A stretch of DNA of 61,889 nucleotides, counting the filler, from Platydemus manokwari (lineage: Eukaryota), in the NCBI GenBank assembly GCA_037951405.1. It is 6 parts of 6 records of this genome, joined end to end, with 100 filler letters (N's around TTAATTAATTAA, not from the genome) between each part and the next. Parts side by side here need not be neighbours in the genome. Positions count along the whole stretch, not along the records: positions 1 to 9,036 come from JBBMOY011310204.1; positions 9,137 to 20,960 come from JBBMOY010450000.1; 4 more parts are not named here. One strand, given 5' to 3'. Under the pieces are notes generated by a model that saw only the letters and a program-made list of their open reading frames with translations, ran no database searches and had not been told where the DNA came from. The translations under genes and the position numbers were made by a program. Shown one piece after another: positions 1-12,800 of the stretch (positions are counted from its first letter, which is position 1; each line of letters starts with the position of its first letter).

Positions 1-1235
1 TACGTATCGAGTTATAATTTTTTATTGATTCTATAATTATTATGGTTATTATTATTATTACACCTGAATTATTACACGGAACCTAATTACTGATTAAAGT
101 CGGCTTATTGGTGGAATCATCATTACTCCGGTTCTAATCATCATTGAATAGTGCATAGATAATTCATCGTGTTTTTCTAGTTGAATTATCTCTTATAACT
201 ACTCACCAGATACTACTTAGCACAGGCCAGTAGGATTCCATCAGTATTAAAATTTAAACAACTATAAAAAATCTATTGTGGGCGCATAGTAACCTCAAGA
301 AAACACGAAAGGGCATCCCTGAAAGTGGACTGACAAGTCTCTCTAGAAAAATTAAAGTAGAAAAACAGAAAATCTTATGAGATTCCAAAAGATCACAAGA
401 TTAGAAATAGTCGTGAGGCCAAGCTTCTTTAAAATCAAAATGAAAAATTTACTTATAATCGATGGAAACAATATCTTCAGAGCAATAGCTTGTGAAATAA
501 TAAATATCAACACTGTAAATGAATAAATAAACTGTCCATCACTTGAAAATAATAATATAATTCGTTCAATTAAATGACCAAATAATATTGGACCGATTTT
601 TCGTGATTAAAAATATCTGCGAAGAGTGACCGATTTCACTCGCTTATATATCGTTTGAGGCTTCTCGGATTTTCGGTAGCTCTGTACATGATATATTCTG
701 CTGAAGATTACTCATCATAAACATAAATGAATATTGTTCTGAAACAAAAAGTGTATATATGTACACGGTTGCATAAATATGGATAATCATTTTAGGGATA
801 CATGGCAGTGATATGTTGCCTCCTGGCCGCATAGCAAGTGCGCTGTTTGAGTCTTTTACAAAAAATCATTAAAAGAATTAGTGTAAACAGAGATAAGAAG
901 ATGAGGCATATACCAATGGCGATGACAATTGTAATTGATCGATCCTTCATTTCTTTGAATTGAGTGTCCTCAGGAATCTTAACTCTTGTTATCCTTAATC
1001 AATTCTCATATTCTAGAATTTGGAGTAACTAATAATTTGAATTCGAAATTTTATACTATAGTATAGATTCGGATTATCCTGATAAGTGGTTTTCTCTTGT
1101 TCTTCTTTTTATCTTTTTCAACAAATCTGGTTGTAAGGGCTGATACCATTTGAGTGGCAGAGGTTTTTCTTTGTTGGGGTTCTGGTAGAATATTTAATCC
1201 ATAACAATTAACTTACATTTGAAAAAATATTTCCA

Positions 1236-1699
1236 TGACAATACGTATGAAATGTGCATTAATTTTTATTGTACCAATTTTTATGTTTTCTACAACTTTT
1301 GAAATTTTGAGCAACAACTACTCTGAAATATTGATATTTATAATAATTATTATTTTTATATATGTAAAATAATAATACCAATAAAATTACCAATATCAAA
1401 TCCATAGAAATTCCCTGAAATATTAAATTAATTTATAAAATATCAATACGCAATGAGATATCGCACACTAACAGCGACAAATTAATTATCATCTGTTTCT
1501 GAGCATGAAAATTCTATAGCAGAATAAAATATATCACTCGATTATATTTAATCGAGAGATATTTTCTATGCCTAATAAATTTATTCAGAGAGAATTTCTT
1601 TCATCAGTGAATAAATTCACTGGCATTAAATTTAATCGCAACAATATCTGGCAGTGATTTCAATCAATACACATTAGTTTTCAACACAAGTTAAGGACA
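1236..1699 (-). repeat. Dispersed ~470-bp repeat, copy 1 (putative LTR)
   Basis: Shares catga(c/t)..tacgtatga, aaattccctgaa..taaattaatttataaa and agagaatttct blocks with 4563-5046 and, in reverse complement, 26561-27028. Boundaries approximate. Confidence 0.6.
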
Positions 1700-2639
1700 C
1701 AGTATTAGACAAATTTTCTTACTGCCGTTATTATTGCAGTTGGACGTTACATCAACTGAAGAAGTCCCATCATTCGACGAACTCAAGAAGATTGATAGGT
1801 GCTGAAGATCAATTTTCCTGTAGATTCCCGGCACTTGATGGAAGAACCAAAGTAAGATCGTGCTTGTAAAATATTGATCTATATTATAAACTGAATCTTG
1901 TATCTCATATTATAGAGTATGTTGATCAAAGATCTTGATGGTAACCGGTTTTTCTTGAAGAGCGTGCAGTTTATTAACCGTCTTAATTCTGGAAGTTGTA
2001 GGGTTTCTTATTAGTGTAATTTGATGTATATTGTAGTTCTAAACGTATTTGCAATTTTATTTTAATATTGTTTAAGCAGGTTTTTTTATGTATTGATGTC
2101 ATTATTAATAAACATTTGTAAGAACAAATTTTAGTTTTCATTCATATCAAAATATCAAAAGTATCAAATCGGATTAAGCTACCATAACAAATAAATCAAT
2201 AAGGCTCGAACGTAACATATTACCAAAATAGATGACAGAGTGCTAGATAATTTTTCAGTGGAAGTCATTATCAGAATAGTATTTTGATTTGGACATACTT
2301 GTATATTAGGAATTTGAAATTTCAAGCTCTCATTTGAATTATTGTTCAATATAATAATACTGTAGCTTTATATGTGCAACTTTGAGCAAGCAAAATTCAC
2401 GAAAGGGGACTGTTTACATTAGACGTATAACAGATTAATATTGCTCTACGCTACCTTGAAAACATATAATAATAATACTCATGGACGCTAAAAGCATCGT
2501 TTGTTTAGACAGTAGGGGTATCTATGTTCCTGGATAGTTTCTGTATTTCTAATATTATTTTTTGTCTTCTTTTCGATAAGTTTGGTTCTGATTTCTACAT
2601 CTGTGTTGGCTTTGGGTTTGACTGCGTGATTTTCTCGTA

Positions 2640-4450
2640 CCGTTTGTAACGATTTGCGTGTACTCGTAGATTACGTTTTTCTATTGGATATATCACGAAG
2701 ATAGATTTAGTTATTTTTCTACTCATAAAGACCCACTTAATTTTACAGATATGTCTGTTTCGCAAGCTTTGGTTTCTAACACTATCTTGATTTCCACCTT
2801 AAAAATTTGGTCTTGTTTATTTTCGTACAACATGATTCTGCAGTCAAATTAATTTTTCATTCTTCAATAATATTATCCAAATGCAAATAAATAATTCTGA
2901 ATTTCTTCATTTGCCTTTTAGAATTTACTCAACTCAGACTCATGAGTCAATACATGAGTTACGGTGGAGATATTCTCGGAGTCTTTTTCATACATGCTAG
3001 GGTCAGCAAAAGAGAGCATCGGTATTTGCATTTTATTTGACCTTATATTAACATTTTTTGATATTATATTTGAACGCGAATGTGTGCCTGAATGTTCGAA
3101 AAGCCGTTGTAAGGGCCTATTCTCGGGGAGTACATGTATCTCCTGACTATAGATAAAAGTTTGAAACCTTTTTACATCATGCAATATGGCCAATGCTTCA
3201 AGTGCAATAAGAGCATAATTTATTTTGTGTTTTTTTAGATTAGGGATAATGTAAGCAATGGCGTATTCATTCACATTGTTGTCTATTTGTTTCAGAACTC
3301 CCCCGATGGCATAACGACTTGCTTTTGTCATGATAACTAAGTATATTGTCATATCAGGATGTGTAAGGATTAGTTTGACTATGAGGGGCTGCTTAAAGGA
3401 GTATAAAGCATATTCTTGCTGTTCCGGATAAATTTTTGACTGTAGCTTACCAAACCTAAAAACTCTTTGATATTTTTCACAATGCAAGGTTGAGGGTATT
3501 GCTTTACCTTAGTGTTATGTGCTCGACCAGGCTTCACTGCTTGACTTGTTACTACGTGTCCTAAATATTTTATCTCCTTTTCTGCCTATTCGTATAAGTT
3601 TCACTTAGAATACTATTACTTTTTCAATATCTGTTTCATGCTCCTCATAGAAATTTGAGCATACATTGGCGTCCTTTATATATAACATATCTATAATATA
3701 TCTATCTATGAAGAAGATTGCAACTAAAGGTGTGCAGCAATTTCAAGGGCTACTGACATTAAAGAAACGAATTTTCACCGCAGCAGATGGATTCCTAATA
3801 TTCTGACAGATAATAAGAAGAAAATCAGAGTCACTTGCTGTCAAGAAATGTTGAATGTTTATTCGGCAAGAAGGGCTAAGGAAAAGATCATTGTGATTGA
3901 TGAAAAATAGATTTACCTTCGAGGCATACCTCCAAAAGAATAAAACCGTGTTTTGGTGGATGGCACAGGTGATCACCCAACTATTGTTAGGTGAACAATA
4001 TCTTATCGCAAAGTTCTGATTATTGTTACCAGCATACTATACAAAATCACTGACGTATTTCAAAATTCTTCACGAAGTTGGATCCATCATCGCTGAGAGA
4101 TAAGTAAAATTCCTGCAGGATATGATTTTAAACTTTCAAACAAAACTACCTCCTTGGGAAATGGACATTCAGCATGGCAAAGCCAGACTTCACGCAGTGC
4201 TTTTAATTCGATTTTGGCTTGAAGAGCATCAAGTGTCTCTATTAAAGCAGCCGGCCGACTCTCACGACACAAACCTACGGGTGCTACCGACTTCAGTAAT
4301 TCAGGATAGGTAAGCAACGATTTTCGCCAATATTTGGAGTCAACAACGGAGGCTAAGTTCATAAGCGAGTCTCAAAGTTTTACACATCACCTCCAGAGTG
4401 TCATTGAAGCTGATGGAGAATATGTTTAGGGTCTGTTGTGGTTTGATCTA
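2640..4450 (-). mobile_element. Degenerate Ty3/Gypsy LTR retrotransposon internal region (gag-like, RT-RNase H, integrase C-terminus)
   Basis: ORF 2918-3487 has Gypsy RNase H motifs (LTHPD..., ASRYAIGGVLKQ, AIAY, NYA...LEALAI...VKRF..FIY....V...NRPL). 2640-2800 reads ...RVHANRL, like an integrase C-terminus. ORF 4087-4362 is only weakly gag-like. Many stops and frameshifts. Confidence 0.8.
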
Positions 4451-4562
4451 GTATAATTGCACACACGATTTTCACAAATAAAAGTTTTAAATTGTATTTT
4501 TTAGATTTTGATCAGATTTCATCGACGTAGAAAAACGAAGTTTCTTTGCTGACCACTATACA

Positions 4563-5046
4563 TGATCATACGTATGACATGTACATTAATTTTCATTGTA
4601 TTAAATTTTTATTTAATCAGTGTGTTTTTTATATCTTAACAACTACCAGAACATTTGAGTGAAATGAACTTAAAATAATACAATAAAATAGTATTTATTA
4701 TAATTATTATTTGTAAATATCTAAAATAATAATATCTGAAAATCCCGATTGAAGAAAAACCCATTAAATTCCCTGAATAATAAATTAATTTATAAATTAA
4801 CAACATGTAATATATTATTGCGCAACAACATCGATAAATAAATTGCCAATCTTTTATTGCTCTCATAAATTCAGTCACTGAATAATTTAATCATAGAGAA
4901 TAGTTCTCTGTATCAAAAAATTTAAACGGAGAGAATTTCTATTCCCGATAAAAAAATTCCAGCGAGAAAATAACAAATACAGTGGCATGCTGTCTATTTG
5001 CATTGGGATTATCCCATTTTAAGTATTTTTAACACCTTAACTCACA
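4563..5046 (-). repeat. Dispersed ~480-bp repeat, copy 2 (putative LTR)
   Basis: Same blocks as copy 1. On the minus strand it starts TGTGAGT and ends ...TCA. Confidence 0.6.
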
Positions 5047-8000
5047 GGCATGGATGTCTTTTCCATAAAGCCGAGGCTGGGTTCGAATAGCACTTCTTTA
5101 ATGTTGGCTCGGTTTTTTTGTCCCAATAATAAGGCTTCGGTTCAAAATGGAATAGTGATTTCTTCCTCTATAATACACCTGGTTTCCACAATTGTGCCTG
5201 TCCCTAGTTGGCTTCACTAAGGTCACTATTCTACACTTATAAACGACACTTTTAAATTGTTTTAATACATTTTTTTAAACACATAGTCATATAGTCACAG
5301 GTTAAATACACTGACAGAGACTAGTAGTGTTTGTCCGCATAATTTCGCTTTGATATTTATCACCCCTAGTGGAGATAACGTGCATCCATTTATCCCTGGA
5401 ATGGTAATGATTATTTTTCGATGTTCTGTAATTCTATCATATTGAGTACTCGTGGGTGTATAATTATTGAATTTTCTTCAGTGCCTGTTAGGGTGAAAAT
5501 CGTATGTAGGTTGCTTTTCATGGATATTTGTGATTATCATCCAATTACCATTATTCTGCATCATACACGGGTATACTGTATCGCAAAATGTTTTGACGAC
5601 GTAGTATAGCTTCTTTACTATTCTTTATGTTACTGTAATACCTTTTATGGATAATTATGCGATGCGATTTCTTACAATGGTTCTGATAATTGTTTTCCTT
5701 GATTAAAAGCTTGGGAAAATAGTTGCGCCCTTTGAGTGACTGCCGTTGGCTTTTTGGCCTGATTTGTAATTATTTTTATTTCGAAATTAAAACTTGAATC
5801 CTTATCTGATGTCTTTGGGAAATTCAGTGATGACACTCCCCATCTTGCAAAAGGTTTTCTGACTGATTTATGTCTTTTTAACAGCCACGTGATTAGATTT
5901 AAGTCTATTTTACGCTTCTTATGAATTACCCGGTTGGGTATCATGGAATAAATTTCAAAGAATAATTTCTTGGAACAACCTTTAACTATATACATGTGTA
6001 AACGGCAATTATCTGATGAACTACGGTCTTCATGATAAAATATATTATATAAATGCCCGTGCATCTGGTGACAGTTATAACAAATCCAGTGAATCGTCCC
6101 ATATCTGGTATGTTACATTTTCTGCTGCCTTTTTTAAGTGATCCATTGTAAAAAGATGGTCATTATTCGGTACTGTGTCTTCCATATAATCACTGAAATT
6201 CCTTAATTTATTAATTGAGGAAATACTAATATCAGAGCAGCTTTGCCGCTAACATTTGAATGTAAGAAAAGCCTGGGACACTAGAAAAATTAAAGAAGAA
6301 GCACTCAATATATTTTGTCTAAGAAGACTTTCGAGAAGAAATTAATTTTGTCATACGACGAAATTATTTTGGTGCCAAATCTTTTTTGTGCCAAAACTTC
6401 CATCGATGATGTGTAGTTTTTTCGTTAACAACTTTAATCAAATTTTTATTATCTTCAATGCATTAAGTTAATCATATTATTTAAATAACATTTCATTAAA
6501 TATTTTCGTCCCTCTTTCATTTGAAATTTTATAGTAATTGATGATTGACACCAGTTACACTTCAAATATCTTTTAATTTAGCTTCTTGTTGAAATTTTCT
6601 AGAATATCGGATTTAGATAAGTTGATGATTGGATAAAAATTTTAATCGCTTGGTTTATTAACTGAAGAACTATTTTGTTTGGGCAAGAGTTATTATTAGT
6701 AATTGTTTTGACCAATAAAGATAGATTTTTGTAATATTTGTTTCTCCAACCGTGAATGTTTTTTTATTATAGTTATTTCGCCTAATTAACGCAGTCTTAA
6801 AATCATGTGAAAAGAACTCTTCATCTCTAGTAAGTACATCAAATAAAGCAAATAATTAAAATTATTATAAGCATTTATCTCGATGAGATATTAACTGGCC
6901 TAGAACAAATAAACATTAATTATCAATAACAAATTTATGTTAGCCAATGAGTCTTGAAGATTGACTTAAGTGATAAGAGGATATTAATAGTATCAAAATA
7001 TAAGATTCCATTTTTAAGATTGAATAAGTAGATAACAGGACTAAACAAAGCAGATACGATAACAATTGGAAAGTAACAGTAGATTTTAATTCAGTACTAT
7101 CGTCGTCAAAATAAATAAATTCCAAATCGTAACGTTGTTGTGAAGTAGGTTTTGTAGTTATTTATACAATATTCAACAAGAAAAAGTAACTTTCAAAAGA
7201 TTGTTTTTATTCGAGAACAAATGCAAATAGAGATGGAGATTTAGAAAACCCTTGACAATTGTGACAACTACAGTATCAAATGATGTTAAGATACAATATA
7301 AGATTTGAGATAGATAATAGATATTTGATTCTCAATTTTGAATAATGGAATTTATCTGGTTTATAAAAGACTTCTTAAATACAGATGACTCATAAAAACA
7401 GTTTTGATTATAAAATTTTATCTCACAAATACACATATTTATGTCACCATTATCTTAGAAGTAACATTGCACTATCATAGTTCTCATCATTGCACAGCAT
7501 TTCATTGCTCTACATAAAATACTTTATCAGCTATGACTTCTGTCATTTAAAATATCATATAACGCGAATCTGAAATCAAAATCTTTTGTAAAAACTTGAA
7601 TTTTTTTACGACTCTTAATGAAATGGTGTCAATAATAATAATATTTAATCGATATTTTGAAATGGTTTGAGGGTGAAATATAAGTGATATAATTTTGAAT
7701 AATGGTTAAAAAATTGAAAATCACACAAAAACAGAAAAAGGCACATTTCAGGCATTCATGGTGCTTAGAGTATCTTATAAAAAATCATCAGGATTTGAAT
7801 TTTTTAACAAGTAGAAACATCTTTCGAAGGCACAGACGATTGTCGATTTTCAAATAATTGAGGCAGTTGATGATTTTGAGTAACAGCATGTTTCTTTTTC
7901 CGCTTTTTCCTTGAAGTCGATGGTTGAGAATTATTTTCTACCTAGAAAATGATAAAGGAAATAGAGATTTACTACAGCAACTAAAACATCGATTTGTACA

Positions 8001-9036
8001 CATATACATCGGCTGTCTCCCGACGAATTCACCAAGTATCGTTTTATAAAGATTTCCATTTTCAACTTTTATTTTCAAAATAACCACCATTTTCAATTTC
8101 TCAATAACTCGACAACATGCGACTCTTCACTACCTCATGAAGTATGACGCAAATTTTATTATATATTTAGAGAATTTCCCACAGATATTTCTGTTAGTAT
8201 ATATATATCATCTTGTCAATTGATCGAATCTCAATAATGCGAACAGACAATCAAGTCTCAATATTTCCTACAGAGTTTCACTGAAATTTAGTGCCAAGAC
8301 AAAAGTATGGTTTATTCAATGAATTTTATAAACTTCATTTTGACTTAATTCCAGTAAAAGTATCTCGGTGAAATAATAATTGCTTACGAATAAAACAACT
8401 TTACTTTGAATGAAGAATGTGATAAGCATCCAATGTCTGCAATGACAGCAGAATATATTGTCCTAATTTCTATGTTAATATCATTAAATCTCCAAAAAGT
8501 TAAAATGGAATTACGTAATTCCAAGGAAAAGCTCACTCTTAGATATCTATAATGACATTTCGTACCCAAAGCACTGGTATGACCTTCTTGTGCATTATTA
8601 AGTGTTTATTTTTAGGATTTAGAAATGGCCAAGATAGTTGGATAATTTTAATATGAAATCGAGTTGTTCTACAAGTCGGTAGGCATCCTTTATTATTTAC
8701 AATATCCTATAGTTGGCACATCGCCTGAATGAGTCAGGCAAAACTTCCTATTCTCCATCAGTACTAGTTCTCCTATTATCACCAATAATTTAATATCAGG
8801 TTTTAATATAACTAGACAGCACCATGTTATATCGATTGCTCTTCCATTTACTTCAAAATTAAGCACGTTATTAAAATTTTCATATAAATTATATATAAAA
8901 GCTAGATTTTATATTTATCATATAATGTTTAAAGATAGAATTGTGAGAATATTTTACGATATTTCTATCATGATATTAATTCTATCAAGCAATTATTATA
9001 ATTTTATAAAGATATTTATTATAATAATTTGAATAT

Positions 9037-9136
9037 NNNNNNNNNNNNNNNNNNNNNNNNNNNNNNNNNNNNNNNNNNNNTTAATTAATTAANNNNNNNN
9101 NNNNNNNNNNNNNNNNNNNNNNNNNNNNNNNNNNNN
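9037..9136. other. Artificial contig linker (N44-TTAATTAATTAA-N44)
   Basis: 100-bp spacer with stops in all six frames, identical at five sites. Confidence 0.98.
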
Positions 9137-10741
9137 TCAAAGGACCCTTTTTCTTAACTCAAGCCTTTTACCGTTATCTTTATGATTATTACAATTTTTT
9201 CCACCTTATTCAAACAAATTATATTGTTTATTGATAATTTTTAATATAAATATTTTTTTATTTCCAACTATTATTTCGAAATTATTTTAAACAATTTTAA
9301 AATATATTATAATAATGGTAATAATTACATAATGGAAAATACCGTCATATTTTTATGCGATTTGTTTTTACAATTCTTTCTTCGTAAGAAAGTAAAAAAT
9401 AAATAAATGTGGTTTCTACTTTTTCAATCATTGATTTAAATTCAAACCCGATTTTCCAATTTATGAATTATCTGTGTGAAATTTGGGTACTTCGGCTAAA
9501 TTGAAAATTTATGACATGCGTGTTAGTAGCGTTAATTTCTTGGTTGTCATATTAGAAGTTATCAATATCAGAATCGAAAAATATATTTTTGCATACATAT
9601 TTTTCTAACATTTTTTGAGACCAATATTATTTGATTTTAATTCAAGATATTATAAATAAAAATATTTTATAAATATCATTTTAAAATTCTTAAAAAATTA
9701 AAATATCCTATAATCTTTTTAATCTTCAATTTTTTACCATGGAATTTTAGATATTCTCACAATGTACTCATCAAAAAATATAACAAATGCTTAGGCTCAT
9801 GTAGGGAAATTATAAGTGAAATATAATTGAGAAACTACTCCGTTTTTGAATTTCGTATGTAGACGCTTTTGATTTTTATCAATCAGTTTAAACACTATTA
9901 TGATTATTAATTAAGAATGATCTTGGCTTCAGCTGTTCGAATAATTTTCTTCGTTAATTTATGATCTTGTTAAATTAAAGCGATTAAATCTTCACAAAAG
10001 CTCAGTAATCGGTCTTCCTTAGATTCTTAGATACCTTTCGTAAAGAGAAAGGATAACATTTCCATTCATAAAATTAACAATTACACCAACTTCATTTTCG
10101 CAAATATCATCACCCGGTATTTCCTGAGTTTTTTGTCAACAATTCAAGTTGATTAAAACCTATTGATTAAAACAATTAAAATGATACTATATCGACTAAT
10201 TTCCAGTTAAAACCTTCAAGTCGGGCCACTTCTAACCAGTTTCGTTCTTTATAAAAATTATTTACAAAATAGATGCGTTCTTCATTTGTCTCATATCGTG
10301 GCATGGTGGAAATTGAATAGATTCATACCAACCAAACAATTTGAAATTTTAAAGCTAACAGAATATAATGCGATACAACTTATGTCATTTATTGATATTC
10401 AATGAATTCCATTGGGTTTTTCCTTCGAAGGGTTACGTATAGGTCACAATCTATATATTAGAACGATTGTTGGACAATTTCATTACAACGGCTGATCTCA
10501 TTGGTTGATAAAATTCAATAAAATCATAATGTCAAGGTCATTATATCGATTAATGAACTTTTCTCGAAAATGTTTACTCCAGTGATTTTATCCCATCGCC
10601 CCCAAAAACAAAAGACCAAATCGTGTAAAATATATTTAATAATCAATAAAAAAACAATATAATTTGTGATGAGATCAAAGTGATACAATAAATACAACTA
10701 TCTATTAAACAGAAATAAAACCAATAAGCCTAATATTACAT

Positions 10742-11306
10742 TCATTCGAATTTTGATTTGCCCTTATTTTGTTTCTCCACCTTTTCGATGCTTATGAAAA
10801 CCCAGCTCAACAGAGCAAAGTATCCCGATGGAACAATCATCTGAAATTAGAATCGAATCTCATACAAATGCTTATCCACCAAAGCAGTTTTTACCGCCAT
10901 GTAATCATCTAATCGGAATTGACTTGCAGCAGTTAATAGCATCAGTAACATGAGACCTAGACAAGCGATTTTCCTCGATGTTGTCCCACCGACAACAAGA
11001 GTCGTTCCCAGAACAAGTTCAACAACACCGATACTTTGCATATAAACATAAGGAGGGGGACTTAGACCGACAAATTGAAGAGGAGAGACTTGAGTGAAAT
11101 TTTTGAAAGTTTTAATCTAAATTTAAAAGTTTTATTTGAAAATTTATATAAATGAAAATTTCCAATAAGCAAGTAAGTCATGAGAAATTTTTTACCATTT
11201 CTTTATATAGATTGGCATTGATTTTAACAGTTTTCATTATGCCGGGAATAATAAACAACAAACCCATTACAACGGAAGAAACACGAGTGCCTAATTTTGT
11301 TGACAT
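10742..11306 (-). CDS. TMEM35: TMEM35/NACHO (DoxX-like) family ER membrane protein, TMEM35B-like; 3 exons, 143 aa
   Basis: Manual splicing: exons 11306-11196 (MSTKLGTRVSSVVMGLLFIIPGIMKTVKINANLYKEM), 11116-10895 (IKTFKNFTQVSPLQFVGLSPPPYVYMQSIGVVELVLG...DDYMA), 10840-10742 (MIVPSGYFALLSWVFISIEKVEKQNKGKSKFE*). Both introns are GT-AG and phase 0. The F.QV.PL..G..P.P..Y...G..E pattern and hydrophobic segments resemble TMEM35A/B. The C-terminus KSKFE is a KxKxx ER-retrieval motif. Confidence 0.85.
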
Positions 11307-12099
11307 GATAAAGATTCAACAAATTGGTTTGTTCTTTATCGAACCTAGAGATAAATCAAAAATAATAGATATCAAAATTGTGCACTTATGTGTATGACTA
11401 TGTGGTGAAGTAAAACAAGATTCAAAAATTCTCTGATAAATTAAATTCTTATATTGAGTGTGAAGAATTATTGAAAGTAACTTTCATTCCAAATTGTTAA
11501 TTCTTATGAAATTAATAATTTTTTATAATTATTTAACTTTGAATCTAAATTCTTATAGAAAATTTACTGTGAATTGAATGAAAGAAATATAAAATTATTA
11601 AAGAAAATTTTGCTAAATTATGTGCTATATGAATAAGAATGAAAAAGTTGGAAGAAATACAAAAAATAAACATTGTTATGATTCTTTCAGAATGATAAAC
11701 ATAATATTATTCCATATAATTTTTTATATTGACGAAGAATATCCAAAAATAATTAGTGAAACGAACTTATTTGTTCAAAATACCGATACATATTACCATG
11801 CATTTAATGTTGCTGAAACATAATTTAAATTTTATTTATTTATTTTTTAATGAAATATTTCTCGAAAAGTATCCAAGAAATTTGAAATAAAGGAAATTTT
11901 AATAAATTCAATTCTAAGTTCCTACAAAGTAAAATAAGAAATTAAAAGTGGTATAATAATGGGAACCACTTGTGCTCATTTGGGAACAGCTGGATTATAA
12001 GCTATGAGAGAATGTAATTAATGCCGGAAAAACCTTGTATGAGACTGTCGAAGTTTATTTTGTCTTTAAATTATGCTAAAAAGGAATATCTATAAATTG

Positions 12100-12800
12100 A
12101 TTCATTAAATAAATTTAATAACAATTGTACATTCTCGTAGGATCTTCCACCATATACTAGAATATCGCCAATAAAACGAGAATGTTGAATCTATCAAACA
12201 GTGAAAAATTGTTTTGAGCAAAACTGTTCAATTTTTCTCCATACAGATTTGATAATCTGCTAGACTTTAAACTATCGGTGAAAAACGACCTCCTTTTTTA
12301 CTTAGTAAAATAATACTTAAATATTAATATATGGTGAGGTAATTTTCAGTTTTATCATTTAATTTCCAAAAGTCTAACCGCATATTTATTGATCCATCTA
12401 TCTTAGATAATACTGTAGGCAAGTTCTAAGAGTTTCTGTAAGGTATGATAACATTATTTCCAAAGATTCTATATAAAAATTTGAAGTTTAGTAACATTTG
12501 GGATCTGAGCAAACGATTCTCCTTAAGTTTGAATCTCAGGCATAAATTTATTAATCACAAGCCTCATCACATTCTTTTCAATGGAGTGTTAATAATAATA
12601 GATAAATTCTTCAATGATAATTTTACCCACATCAATAGCATCAATTGATTTTCTTTGTTATAAGAATATCACACATATCTTCATCACATTGACTTCTGGT
12701 GAAATTTCTTTAACCATGATTATTCCTTACCTTAGCACTAGGTAGAAATTTTTACCATCGTGAGAATCGGAAAAAGCCTACCAACCTAAGTTATATTTCT
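12100..12800 (-). mobile_element. Degenerate Ty3/Gypsy reverse transcriptase remnant
   Basis: Minus-strand translation gives KIDGSINMRLDFWKLNDKT (~12350-12410; cf. KKDGSxRxCVDYRKLN) and FIGDILVYG (~12150-12175; decayed Y/FIDD catalytic motif). Boundaries approximate. Confidence 0.65.

Noticed and set aside
5071-5100. tRNA or SINE suggested by a GGTTCGAAT B-box-like motif
   Set aside because: No A-box at a suitable distance and no cloverleaf stems could be built.
5672-6064. 130-aa minus-strand ORF as a host gene
   Set aside because: No recognisable domain or splice structure, and it sits among TE debris; probably a decayed element.
9081-9092. Recurrent TTAATTAATTAA palindrome every ~10 kb as a biological element
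   Set aside because: Always centred in exactly 44+44 Ns; it is an artificial six-frame-stop linker.
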